Source of the DNA: Xylographa opegraphella
Lineage: Eukaryota
Direction of reading: 5' to 3'
Assembly: GCA_022813865.1 (NCBI GenBank)
Contig: JALDZX010000060.1
Location: 62,037-122,731 of the forward strand
DNA: 60,695 nucleotides
Shown piece by piece: positions 14,199-26,830 of the stretch. Positions within the stretch are counted from its first letter, which is position 1. Every line of letters starts with the position of its first letter. The notes beneath the pieces were generated by a model. It saw only the letters and a list, made by a program, of their open reading frames with translations, had not been told where the DNA came from and made no database searches. The translations under genes and the position numbers were made by a program.

Positions 14199-15122
14199 AT
14201 GGGCATCCCGAAGAACGAGTTCCCGATACTCCGTGCCCTTGGGCTCTATGCTGGTGACACGACTGGCTACGGTAAGCTGCCTTGACATTCCTTGCCAACC
14301 CCCCCGACTCGTTCCACGAGCGAATATTTCTTACGATTTAGTGCTGACCATCTCGTGAAGGAGACTGTCTCTTCCGTGCCCTTTCCGACCAACTCTACGG
14401 CGACGAGAGCCACCACCAGGAGATCAGGGCCCGCGTCGTTCAACACATGCGAGAGAATGCCGACGTCTATCGAAACTTTACCGCCGTAGATGCTGGGGGA
14501 GCCATACGCCGCAATTCTCGAAGACGCACTGCCTCATATGGCAGGGTCAACAGTACCATGCCGACTGACGCGGAGATTGACCAACGATTCTATGACAATC
14601 TGGATGTTATGGCCAAGGCAGGCACATACGGGGATCACTTGGAGATCCAGGCATTCTGCGAGGCGTACGGGGTGGATGTCAAGATCTACCAGAAGGAGAA
14701 CGGAGAGATCACGTTGGAAGGCTTCCGCACGAAGACGGAGAAGAAACCCTTGGCTCTCCTCGCCTATCACGTAAGCTACCCCTGTGATTTAGGGCTCGCA
14801 CGCACGTGACTCACATCGCACACAGAACTATGAGCATTATTCCAGCGTGCATTCCCTCGGCCGTCCCCACACCGGTATCATGGCCATCACCCTCGACAAC
14901 ACCGACGAGTACACGTCGGCCTCGGACTCCCAGCAGTCCAGCACAGGGGGGGCATGCCTCCAACGTCTCCAGCGCCTCCGCCTCTCGCAGCCGAAGCCCC
15001 GGTCGGGCTCAATGACCGTGAAGGACTGTCGCAAGGTCCGCGGTCGCCCGCGGAAGCTGATTTCTCGCTCGCGCATGCAGCTGGAGAGGATGGCGTTGGG
15101 CTTAGAGCCGTTGCCTGCGTAG
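14199..15122 (+). CDS. OTU-family cysteine protease / deubiquitinase-like protein (exons 14199-14271, 14361-14770, 14826-15122)
   Basis: Spliced translation gives GLYAGDTTGYGDCLFRALSDQLYGDESHHQEIRARVVQHMREN...YGDHLEIQAFCEAYGVDVKIYQ...LAYH|NYEHYSSV, containing the OTU catalytic Cys and His boxes. Confidence 0.85.
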
Positions 15123-15459
15123 GCAGCAACGGAGAGGGAACCATCGGGGGGACGGAACGGGATCTGTTTGTCGCCGCAGAATCTGCGGCATTTCAGTCGA
15201 GTATATTTTAGCGATAGCATAGCATAGGGCGGGATGCATGGTGGAGGAGTTGCATGGCTGGCGCGGGCCTGCGTGGCGGCGGGCGTCAAATTTCTGTTTA
15301 CATAATCTGAACCACCGAGCTTTTTTCCCATCAAGACTCTCAAAGTCGTTTATTCCCAATCAATCCGAGAGACTACTGCCTCTGTTGCACATACCAATCA
15401 TCTGATATCCCACCCCTCGTATCCGTAAACCTCGCTTGCCTCAACGACCGCGCTCAAAG

Positions 15460-17072
15460 ATGGCAGAATCCCACATCGTCGTCGTCGGGTAAGTCCCCGA
15501 TCCGCCAACCTCGTGCTGAATAGAAGCGCCATTGACATACGGAGATCACACTGCTGAAACCCCCCGCTCTCTCTCCACAGCGCCGGCGTCTCGGGCCTCA
15601 CCACGGCGCTGCTGCTGTCCAAGAACCCGGCCTACCGCGTCACCGTCGTCGCCAAGTACATGCCCGGCGACTACGACATCGAGTACGCCTCCCCCTGGGC
15701 CGGGGCCAATTACCTGCCGTGAGTCCGCCCCGAGTGCCGCGTCGTCCTTGCTGCTTCGTTCTCCCTCCGGCTGCTTCACTCCCACTCCGCCTTCGCTGAC
15801 CATATCGCGCGCAGCGTCTCCGCCGCTGGCACCCCCGCCGCCGAGCACGACCGCAACACGTGGCCGGAGCTGGCGCGGCTCGCGAGCGAGTGTCCCGAAG
15901 CGGGCGTGCATTTCCAAGGTCGCTCTTCCCCTTCCCCCACCCCCTACCGCCCCGCGCGCAACCCCCACTCCCCTTCCACTGACGAAACGGCCACAGACAC
16001 GACCATGTACGCGCACGCCTCCGACACGGCCAACGAGCTTTACAAGCCTGACCCCTGGTTCGCCAGCATCCTCCCCAACGTACCTCCCCCGCCCTCTCCC
16101 TCCCCCCCCTCTTCATCTCCCATCTCTAACCCCCCCCCGCTCCCACCCTACAGTTCCGCCTCCTCCCCGCCGCCCAACACGCGGGCTACGACCACGCCAC
16201 GGCCTTCACCTCCGTCTGCATCAACACGTCCATCTACCTACCCTACCTGCTCTCCCGCTGCGCCGCCGCCGGCGTGCGTTTCCAGCGCGCGGTACTCACG
16301 CACATCGCAGACGCGGCCCGCCTGTCGTGCAGCGCCCCCACCGCAGACGTGGTCGTCAACTGCACGGGCCTCTCGTCGCTGCGTCTCGGCGGCGTGGCCG
16401 ACACCGCGCTGCGGCCCGTGCGTGGGCAGACGGTGCTGGTGCGCAACGAGGCCGGTGGCATGGCTGCGACGGGGCGCACGGCGGACGGGGACGAGGAGAT
16501 GTGCTATGTCATGCAGCGCGCTGCGGGTGAGTCGGTGCTGTTTCTTCTTTTCCCTCCCCCCCCCCCCAACCTTTTGATCGAGCACGGAGATAGATAGGAG
16601 GGAAGCCAGAGCGTGTGCGTGTGTGCGAAACAAGTCAAGCAAGCAACCAACTAACCCCCGCCTTTCCCTGGGCCCCCAAAAAACAGGCGGCGGAACCCTC
16701 CTCGGCGGCTGCGCCCAACCCGACAACTGGGACCCCACCGTCGACCCCAACCTCGCGGTGCGGATCATGCAGCGCGCCGTCGCGCTATGCCCTACCCTCG
16801 TCTCTACTCCCCATACACACCCGCAACACACCCCCCCCGCACGCGGCGGCATCGAGCGCCTCAGCATCATCCGCCACCAGGTGGGGCTGCGCCCCGTGCG
16901 CGCCGGAGGGGTGCGGCTGGAGCGCGAGCGTGTGCGTGGTGTGTGGACGGTACATAATTACGGGCACGGCGGGTATGGGTACCAGGCGTCGTATGGATGC
17001 GCGGCTGTGGCGGTGGGGTTGGTGGCGGAGGCGGTGGAGGAGGGGAGGGGGATGGGGAGGGCGAGGTTGTGA
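15460..17072 (+). CDS. DAO1: D-amino acid oxidase (FAD), multi-intron, peroxisomal
   Basis: IVVVG|AGVSGL FAD motif, [51 protein letters not shown]-terminal PTS1-like ARL*. Confidence 0.93.
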
Positions 17073-17235
17073 GGGGTAGTGGGAGATGAGTGGTGAGAGG
17101 AGGGGTGGTGGGAGATGGGAGGGGAGCGGAGGGGGCGTGAAGGGGAGGGGAGAGCGTGAGAACGCAGTGGATTACTTGATACGTGAGCACCTAGAAATGT
17201 GGTTCGGTTTTGGGTAGTGCAGATAGTCATCGGCT

Positions 17236-18620
17236 TTACTTTATGGTCCCTCCCTCCTGCAACCACTTGTACACGACGCTAAAGTCCTTGCCGCTTTCCT
17301 TCCCTTCGACGTGCTCATACACCTTCTGAGCCATACCCCCCAGCACCAACGTCGCCCCTTCCACCCCCTGCCCTGCCTCCACCGCCAACCGCAAGTCCTT
17401 CCGCATCAACCCGACCCCGAATCCCCCTTCATATCCTCTGCCCGCCGGCGCCCCGTCGCTCACCCCTTCCACCGGGTTGTTCACCTCGCTCGCCCAGCAC
17501 CTTCCCGTGCTGCTGTTCACCAGCTCCCCCAGCTTCTTAGCATCCAGCCCGCTTTTGATGCCCAGGTTCATGGCCTCGCACACCGCGATGTTGCTGATGG
17601 CCAGAATGTAATTGTTTGCCAGCTTGGCCGCAAGACCGGCGCCCTGTGGGCCCATGTGTAAAACGCGGGCACCGAGGTGCAGGAGAGCGCTGCGTGCCCG
17701 GTGGTAAGTCTCTGGGGAATCGCTGCCGACCATGAAGGTGAGAGAGGCCTTCGAGGCGCCGGTGGTGCCGCCAGACATGGGAGCGTCGACGAAGTGGCCG
17801 GCCGAGGAGGAGTGGATAGCGTCGGCTATTCCACGAGAGGTGGTGGGGTCGATGGTCGAGGTGTCGATGAAGAGGCGGGAGGAGTGGGTGGCTGATTTAG
17901 GGAAGGCTGGAAGAGCGGAGGAGAGGATAGTTTCGAAAACGCCCTTGACGTGCGATGGCTCGGGGAGAGCGGTGAGGATTGTGGTCTGAATGAGGGGAAA
18001 GGAATGTTAGTTCGGGTGGGGAAAGTAGAATGGTATCGAATAGAGTATAAGAATTGGGCAGATCAGAGGATTGGCTTTGATGTATAGAATTGTGAAATCA
18101 CGAGAAGAGCGCGAGGCCCCCAACTTAGATCATGGATAGAACATGCTCATCTTTTCAACGAGGACAGGTACAGAAAGAAAGGTCAAGAACGCAAGAACCT
18201 ACACATTTCTCCGCAACCTCTCGTGGATCCTTGGATACCTTGACTTCCATCTCTTTACTTTCCGCATCGGAGCTGGCTTCTTTGACAAACTTCGCAGTCA
18301 CGTTGGCGTTACTGTCGCAGATAAGTAAAGTGTCTTCCTTGGGTATCCTGGCTCGCAGGTTCTTTGCCATTGGGTATCCTGATTACTCGGGCACGGTCAG
18401 CTCCAGCTTGCGGACAATAGAGAGCAGGGTAGACAGACACTTGGTCGCTAAGAGCGGGCTACTCACCCATCCTACCCAGTCCAATGAATCCCCAGACATC
18501 GCGACAGAGGGACGTTGATGAAAAGGTTCGTCTCCGAGACAATGACATCGCGCCAGCAGCACCATTGAAGAGCACACGGTACTGTGAGGGCCTCCAGCAA
18601 GTCCTCGCGATTGCCTTCAT
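17236..18620 (-). CDS. 3-hydroxyisobutyrate dehydrogenase, mitochondrial (multi-exon)
   Basis: Presequence-like N-terminus, WGFIGLGRMGYPMAKNL, DAPMSGG, LTFMVG, AAKLANNY, YEGGFGVGLMRKDLRLA, KDFSVVYKWL. Confidence 0.92.
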
Positions 18621-19248
18621 GATCGTTTCGATCGATGAAGGTGATGAGACTAATTCGAAGTCTCAGGAGGAAGTTTTTACTCTGATTATCCAGTGTTTCG
18701 CGGAAAGTTTTAGCGTGTGGGGACAGAACGTGGGATCAGAAACATATCTGAAAACAGCCTAGGACTGTACGGGCATCGGTCTTTGTCTTCTTCCTTTATT
18801 ACTGCATAGTTTGGACTACGACTGGGGTAGAGAAGGCTAGACTACTCAAAGTGGAGTTTCATAGCTACGTTTCTAGAAGGATTAGGACTCGAGGATCAAG
18901 CTCCCAATAGGGGTGTAGTTAGGCTCCATTGTGGTACAGACGAATGTAGTTATGTAGATTCTTCAACGACAGTGGTTGCAGACAAAAACAATCCGTTCAC
19001 TTGAAGCTCGCTACACAAGACGTCTGTCTACCCAAATCATGGGACCATGAAGCCAGGCTGCTCTACCATCCTAACACAATGGCTCACGCCATTCATGTAT
19101 CGGGTACATATTGCCTCAACTCCTGCTCAACCTCAAAATCGCAATTGTACGAACATAGGACGGGTATTAAAGGAGAGGGAATAGGTTGAAGAAAATCCGA
19201 ACGGATTGCGTGGGAAGAAACTTATGAGTGCGATATATTGCAATCGAA

Positions 19249-20717
19249 TCATCCGCCGATCAGAAAGGGGACGACGGCACTGGAGGCACATTAGCAGATG
19301 TCTGTCCGTTGAGCGTAAAGGTCTCAAAACTTGCCCAATAGCTAAAGTGGCTGCTACACCAATCAAAGCTCGCTTCTTGACCTTTTGATTCCTCACTTCC
19401 TGCTCTAGTAATCTTGCCTTCTTGGCAGGCTGCAGCACGGCATCTAGTTCTTGATCCTCTCCGTCGTCCAACTCGTCCGCCTTCCGCTTCGTGACCCTGG
19501 GAGTCTCATTGTCCAATTTCCTTGCCTCCTCCACCATTTCTTTGGCTCTTGTAATCATGTCTTCGGTGCTTTCTGGCACCGGAAGTTCGGAACTACCGAG
19601 CGGCATCTGGACTCGTACCTTGGTATTGGTAACTTCGGTGTCGCCGTTTACCTCAACGGTCGAGTCAACCTGAACGGTGACCTTGTCGCCATCCGCTATT
19701 TCCTCGTCGTGTTTCTCGCCATTAACCTTATCGCCATCGACCGACTCGGTATCCGCTATCGATGCCGCATTGTCCAAGGTTGCTTGTAATGTGGCACTTG
19801 CTTCGCGAGCTGATGTCGCATTAGCCTCTTTCGAGGCTTTTGTCGTTCGCGGTTTTCGTGGAGTCAAGTGTTTGGTACCTAATGTAGACTTCATCGGAGA
19901 TGATGCTCGTGGTCTCCCTCTGCCACGTGCAGGAGTACCGCTCGGTGGTGGGAGTGAAGTTCTGTCTTGACCGGCCATGAAGGTGAACTTTGGAGGAGGA
20001 GATATTACTTTCTCGTCGTCCACAGCTGCGACTGTAGTTTCGTCAAGAAGGGCTTCGATCCAGGGCAGTATACCATATTCCTCCGCTAGCTCAAGTGCTG
20101 GAAGGAATGTCAGCATTTCATTGTTTGTGCGGAAACGGAATAGTGGCTTACCGAACGTTTCGGGAACCCAGACATTGCCAGCCACCGCGTCGTGACTTGT
20201 AGTCAAAAGATTTCTCAGATATTCGTACTCATCTTGCTCCTCGGCGGTCTTGGCCCATGGAAAGCTGACTTTGAACATTCCCGTCGCGCTGACATATCCG
20301 TCACTGCTTCGGCGCTATCAACGCATTTCTCATTAGTCCTGCGCGACCCAGTGCTCCAAGTACTTCATCCAGAAATCGACGTACCATGAGAAAGTAGGCT
20401 GCTGGGGTCGGTTGCTTGGGCTGAGGCGCGAAAATCTCCGAACCCTTCAGGTTTTCGGGCAATGGGGCGCGCAAATGCGCATAGTCAAACTTGCCCAGAT
20501 TTTCAGGTTTGGTCGCATTGGAGCTCCCAACTTGACTCGGTTTGACAGCAAGGTTTGTCTGGCCCAGACGTCTTCTGCTGACGAGTTCGGAGTCTAGAGA
20601 CAGAGTGCGTTAGAAGATGGGCGATCGCGGAAGTAGCAGCAATTGCTTACGTTCTGGCGTCTTGTCTGGCGCAACCAGAGGATTTCTCTTCTTTGGGAGT
20701 GTTCTTTCCTGCGCCAT
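19249..20717 (-). CDS. APSES/KilA-N domain nuclear-envelope protein, Bqt4-like, with C-terminal membrane anchor
   Basis: GYVSATGMFKVSFPWA, AGNVWVPE, ALELAEEYGILPWIEALLD; acidic linker; hydrophobic tail RALIGVAATLAIG|AVVPFLIGG* after a GC-AG intron (19334-19280). Confidence 0.8.
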
Positions 20718-21503
20718 AGCGATGCCTGCGTGATAGACGACTTTTCACGAAAGCGTGGCGCTCAGGTAGCTTATGGCGTTTGATGGGATGTCAGCGCAGA
20801 TCGGAATCTGTCGCGATGGAAAGCGGCGCGACTGTGCTCAATACTAGGCACAGCAGCAGTATTATGAGCAAGCGGCAATGATGATGATAGCGTCGCTATT
20901 GATGATGCTTGTAGAGATGGAGGAGAGTAAACGGCCAGCAGATGGATGTCGGGGGACTTCCCCCTAGAAGCAACGGGCTTGCTCGCTAATTGCTTAAATC
21001 GCGGTGGCTGGCCCCATTGGCAGATGGCTGGCAGTAGGCTGATCAATCTGGGGAACTTCAATTTCACGTCACCGATGGAGAATAACTAGTTCAAGCCGGC
21101 ATGTTGTTAGTATGATTGCCTTATTCCGAGGTCACCCAAGTGTTGAGGCCTGCATCTGCTTCAGTTTGGAAGTTGTTCTGCGCGTGGAGGTATCCCTTCT
21201 GGTGGGTTGTGTTCAAGCTGTGACCCCTTTCGGCGGGGAACAGTACGTAGACGACACCGCGACCGTCGGATGGTAGATTATTTGTATCTAGCTCAAATAG
21301 CGATGCGCCCCATCAGTCATACATGATAGGCTAGAAAGGACCATCTATTCTACTTCGGATGTGCTGATTGAACAGAGAAGCGAAGTCTCAACACAAATCG
21401 GACCGGTAGATTGCTCAAAAACCCCACTTAAAGTCCGCTTCAGCCAATTTCGATACCCAACCTGTAGACAGTCGTTTCCTGGGGAGACATTCGACTGACG
21501 AAT

Positions 21504-22495
21504 ATGGCAAGCCAAGGAGATGACGATCTTGTTGCATCCAAGACGGAGGGATACAAAGTCGGCGAGAAAAAGACAGTAGAAGAGTATGCGAGGCTAGGTG
21601 AGCGAGGCATTTTGCAAGTATCAGATGAACTGGCATCTGTTTGATATATCCGATCAATTGGCACACTCAGTGTTCTGTACAATCATGTCAAAATATCAAA
21701 TAATGGGCGACTCGGTGTGATGATGCTGCAACGTCTCCTACTTTGGAATTCTGCAGTGAAATCCTTGAGCTTTGCGCCAATTATTTTTAGTATTCGTCTT
21801 GCTTGGTATACCTTGCACGAAGTCCTGGTGGAGGTGATGACTTGATTCTTTGCGAATTCTGACAATCATCTCCAGACCAAAATGATGAATCCCTCAACCG
21901 CTGGAAAGCCTCTCTCGGCATCGCCACCGGCGCTCCGCTGGCAGTGACGCCTGGTGACACCCGCCGCTGCGTGATACAGTCTCTCGCCCTCGAGGTGGAG
22001 GGTCGCCCTGACATTGTCATCGACCTGACCGCGCCCGGCAGTATTGAAGCTTTAAAGAGCAAGCCGTTCATTATCAAGGAAGGCGCCAGGTTCCGCATGA
22101 AAGCCAACTTCAAGGTCCAGCATGACGTGTTGAGCGGTTTAAAGTACTTGCAAGTCGTCAAGAGGAAAGGTATTCGAGTCGGAAAGGATGAGGAGATGCT
22201 GGTACGTATGCTTAGCAAGAGGGTGAGCATCGTTTGGTCTGCTTACATCTAGTTGCTTAGGGTTCATATCCGCCGAATACGGTTGACAAACCTTCGTATG
22301 AAAAGAAGTGTAGGTCTATTAGCGGAAGAAGTTTTCTGAGCATGAACTCATTTGTTTGCAGTCTCACAGGACGAGGCTCCGACCGGAATGATGGCTAGAG
22401 GTCACTACGAGGCTGTGTCAAAGTTCATTGATGATGATGATCATACCCACCTGAAGTTCGAATGGTCATTCGACATTACGAAGGAATGGAAGTGA
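21504..22495 (+). CDS. RDI1: Rho GDP-dissociation inhibitor (4 exons)
   Basis: TEGYKVGEKKTVEEYARL|DQNDESLNRWKASLG, FIIKEGARFRMKANFKVQHDVLSGLKYLQVVKRKGIRV, APTGMMARGHY, FEWSFDITKEWK*. Confidence 0.95.
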
Positions 22496-22728
22496 GCATC
22501 TTCAATTTGCATGACTACAACAGGATATTTGCGGCTTCCATATAGGCCAGGAGTTACCGGGTCAAGCTTGAACCACATCTAGCCCTAACTTTAGGGTACT
22601 AAAATTGGACCAAATTATGTTCATCCATACAAGTAACACAATATCATATTGTGTATGATACGCTAGGAATGCTCAGTATTCCCACCCAATACCGAGACAC
22701 TCATGTCATGACCCATTGCTGTGGTATC

Positions 22729-23809
22729 TCAAAGAAAATATTCTACCACAACTCCCTGACCATCCTTGCCCTGGTTCTGTTGCTGTTGCTGTTCTCCTCG
22801 GTGGAGATCATTCTCTGGTGCTGCATCAAAGACGTTGAAAAACCGTTCTCCGGTATCACTGACCTCCAGCACACTCGCCATGTTTCCGCATCTGTAGCAA
22901 TAATTTGGCGCACTCCAAACTGTACTCAGTCGGTCATCATACAGGACCTGGTAACCCTCTTGGCATAACTGATGAGCTCGTAGGATGTGATTCATAGAAT
23001 TGACTTCCAGGAATTTCTTGACAACTTGGGCGCCAAAAGTGTAGCCAGCGCCACGAGGGGACAAGGAGAACTCGTCTCTCTCAGGGTCCGGATCAGACCA
23101 CACCAAATCCGCCATCGGTCCTTCATGAGGTATCTCCCGGAATCGGTCAATAATCTTGATCTGATCTATTGAGTGTATTGAAGGCGAAAGACCGCCATGA
23201 ACGCAAAAGATCTGGTCATTGATCACCACGCTCAACGTCAAGAAGTCAAACATGTCGGTAAAATAGTGCCACACGTTAGCATTTCCATATTTCCGAGAGC
23301 ACTCTGTATAGAACCCATATGACTGCGTCACGCCTCTCGATTCGTGGTTTCCTCGGATCAAATGCACACGCTGAGGATACCTGAGTTTTAGACACACAAG
23401 TAATGATATTGTCTCGACACTAAAGAGACCACGATCGACATAGTCTCCTTGAATTTTGATCAGCCACGGCCATCCGTCTCGTCTGAAAGTTGTCCTCACC
23501 AAGAAATAGGTAGTTTGTGTCTGGACAGAAACCTCCAATCTTGAATATCTCGATCATGTCAAAGAATTGCCCATGTATGTCTCCAACTACCGTCACAGGA
23601 GCCGCAATATGAACCACATTGCTCTCCTTCATAAGCAATTCCTTCGTTTTGGCGCATATGGCTTCAACAACAGATTCTGCCAGCAGTTCCTTTTTGTAGA
23701 GTCGTTCGATACATTCATCTAGATCAATACTAGCTAGATATCACATAGGGTCAGTCACAAAATCATCGTCCAAAGTATGCCAACCCCACACACCTGGTAG
23801 CCCTGGCAT
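22729..23809 (-). CDS. PPG1: PP2A-like Ser/Thr protein phosphatase catalytic subunit, Ppg1 type (2 introns)
   Basis: [61 protein letters not shown]-terminal VEYFL*. Confidence 0.9.
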
Positions 23810-24886
23810 TGTATTGCTTGCAATATTTTTGCCTTTGCTAAATGGTCTTAGCAAGTGTATTGCAAGGACTCCTGAACGGCTTGGCTACGTGATCTATGCA
23901 CAGAAGATAACCTTCGCCTTAAGATCATGTTGTCTCCCAGGAGCCTGCGTTGCCCCCAAAAGAGAACGGAACAAAGCAATACATGAGTTGTCCCTCATGC
24001 TGAATCTAATCCCGGTCGATTTCTCGTTACCATTAACTCTCGCTGTCATGGTTATTCCGCTCCGTGATAGACTAGGATAGGACAAGCAGAGCACCGAGAA
24101 TCCTTAGCGCCAATTCGCAACAATGTGGATGTTTCGACACAAGAACTGAACATTCTCTCCATACCATTCACACGCCTGTGGTTACGCATTGGCTGCCTTA
24201 GGTACCGGTGTTACCTTCATTTGTCACCATCGAATTTGTATCTCACACAGTTTGGACTTGGCCTTGCTCTTCGTTGTTGCTACCGGCAGTGTAAGAGTGA
24301 GCTTACTAGCGGTTGTTGTAATCCTCACAGCCACAAACTCGAAAGAATCAGCCGCAGAAAATCAATCAGACGCTATCCAAAATCGTTGGTTTCGCGTGCA
24401 TGGTGATGGTGAGGAAATTGATAGTAAGACTGCCCGAATGACTAAGGGACAGTATCTCGAAATGGCTTTGGCTTGAGATTGAGCTTCAAGACTTTTGGCA
24501 AAAACTTTAAATTGCTATAGATGAGCAGCCATTCTTACTCAGAGTAGACCATATGATTTCGCTAGACGGTAGCCTTGTTGGATAACAAATGGCAGGTGGC
24601 ACCTGCAGATGTTCGCAGTGGAATCAGTGCAGTTCCTGCAGCTTGTGCCGCAGAGTTAGTACCTGTTCTTCAAGTCAAATGCCGGTCACCGAAGCTTTAC
24701 CTTATGCTAAGGATCAAACATGATTGTGATCCGGTTTCGGTTCGTATGTTGGGTATACAAAGTTTTCTTCATCGCTATATAGTAAGTATTTGTTCACATT
24801 CCGACATTGCTTCATAGTCATTGAAATTTTCATCGCTGTTCAAACTGTATCACGGTTCTTTTGTCATTGCATACTTCGTTGTTACT

Positions 24887-25634
24887 ATGCGTTTCTTCCA
24901 GGCCGGCGTGGCCTTGTCTATGTTTCTTTCTATATCACTCGCATATGATCCCCGATTCGCCGAGCGAAATGGACGGTCAGTACAACAAGGACGGTCGACC
25001 GCCACGGAACTACTAGCATCCAGGTCGGAGCCAAGATCTGCTCCAGTTTCGCGTCGGCACTCAGTCAGTCAACGTAGCCCAGCTAGGGTCCTCAGTAAAG
25101 AAGAGATGAAGGTGGTTCTTGCAAAGCAAAGAGCTGAACAGGCGTGAGTTACACTTTACACCAATCTTCAGAATCAGTCCTGCTAATGTCATATGATATT
25201 AGTAAAACACCGTCAGAGATTCCATTCCCATTTTCCTTCGCCTGTTTTCGAATCTCCACTGACCAATTTCTATCAACAGAAGAGAGTGTATAAAAGTCGC
25301 CGACTGTAACTGCAAAAAGAAGGCCCCCGGTTCCACGAGCGAGTCGTGCTTGAATGGGAAATGCTTGTGCGGAGCCGCGAACAAGGGCTTTGCAGACATC
25401 ACCACGGCGTTTGCTAAACCAGTTTTCGAGGGGCTTGCCAAAGCCGGAAGAGAAATGCAGAAAGTCGTTGGCGGTCTGGAGTTTGCTGTCAAAATGGCAC
25501 TACAAATGGCGAGTTGGGCGATACCAGGTCTTGGTAAGGCGGCCGTGAAAGCGCTCAACGAGGCAATCCCATTGACTGGGACTGGAGATAAGAAAGCGGA
25601 TGAGATTATGAAGACTATTTCGAAGGTTCTATAG
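24887..25634 (+). CDS. Small secreted protein: signal peptide, basic/Ser-rich linker, 6-Cys module and amphipathic helical tail (includes a 9-nt micro-exon)
   Basis: MRFFQAGVALSMFLSISLA signal. Exons 24887-25143, 25203-25211 and 25280-25634 splice in frame to AKTPRECIKVADCNCKKKAPGSTSESCLNGKCLCGAANKGFADITT...TISKVL*. Confidence 0.7.
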
Positions 25635-26830
25635 AGAGGAGAGAATATAATGATGATGGTTTAATTGAATTACAGAGTATAGCCAGAGTCCGTGGTACAG
25701 CCAAATCGCTTGTCTTTTTAGCTACGGTGGCGATACATCATGGTGTGTCCGAGAACATTGTCATGCAGGCGCGGCGGACTTATCTCTATCTCGAATGCGT
25801 CCAACCGCACAGCTGACTTCACGACTCTATCAGTATCAGTGAATCTATGCTGTTCGAATACCACGCCATCCTCCACGTTTAGCCTCTCCACCTTGACTCG
25901 TAAATCGGTCACCAGTCCGTCGTTAGACCAGCGACCGAGACGCCGTTACAATGGCCGTGATGAGGGAGTAAGTACTGGTGGGAGCGCCTGTAGCCGGCTG
26001 ATCGGCGCCTTAGCTATGTAGGCAGGCGCGTGTGTAGTAGTGCTAGTTTGGAATACGTGGTGGGAACAGGTAAAACGGGAAGAGCGTACGGTGGTCATTC
26101 CTAAGGTGTTTCTGGGGCATGTGGTTGGTGGTGCAAAATAAGTGATACGGAAGGACAGGCGCTGGTCAGTGTGGGTGCAGGCACGCAGACGTTGTCATTT
26201 ATGTGACCAGGCTTGAAAGTAAATTGTTGTTTTTGGTATCGTTAGATCGCTATATTGCGAGAGTGCAACGAAGTTGTATGTATCATGAAGAATGATTATA
26301 TTGCTACCACAAGTAATACGGACAAGGGCTATCCTAGCGCGCCCTGCTAGGCATTGAAGCGAGCGTTGAAAAACCTAGAAATGACTACAACCAAAAACGT
26401 GGTCAAAGTGATCTTATTCATATGCTGATCGTAACTACAGCTTGGAGGGGCCCGCATTCATAGTGCCCAAAGGAGCTAGTCACTTCGCGCCTGCTATGGC
26501 GCAGAGTGGCATCAAGCAAAGCTATCCTTCTCAGCGTCCCTGGGCCCGAGGCGGCCATGAAGCTTCCAGCTCCCATGGACGTACCAGCACGCGTAACACA
26601 TACGTTCTATCGACAGTTCACTTTGGCCGCTTGGCTGAGTGCTGAAAGAAAATCACAGTGCCTCCAGAAACAGCTGTCCTCATATTCTCTTTCCTACAAC
26701 CTTTGCGCCGTCATAAAATCCCTTTCAAACAGACAATGAAACAGACCATGAGTTGATGTTACAAGTCCTTCTGAAAGCCGAAATCTCCGTTTTGCTTTTG
26801 CCTATGAGTTTGGCGCTTCTTGCGTGGAGG

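Noticed and set aside
24125..24476. Short ORFs between PPG1 and the secreted protein
   Set aside because: They have non-ATG starts, the opposite strand is interrupted by stops, and there is no recognisable motif.
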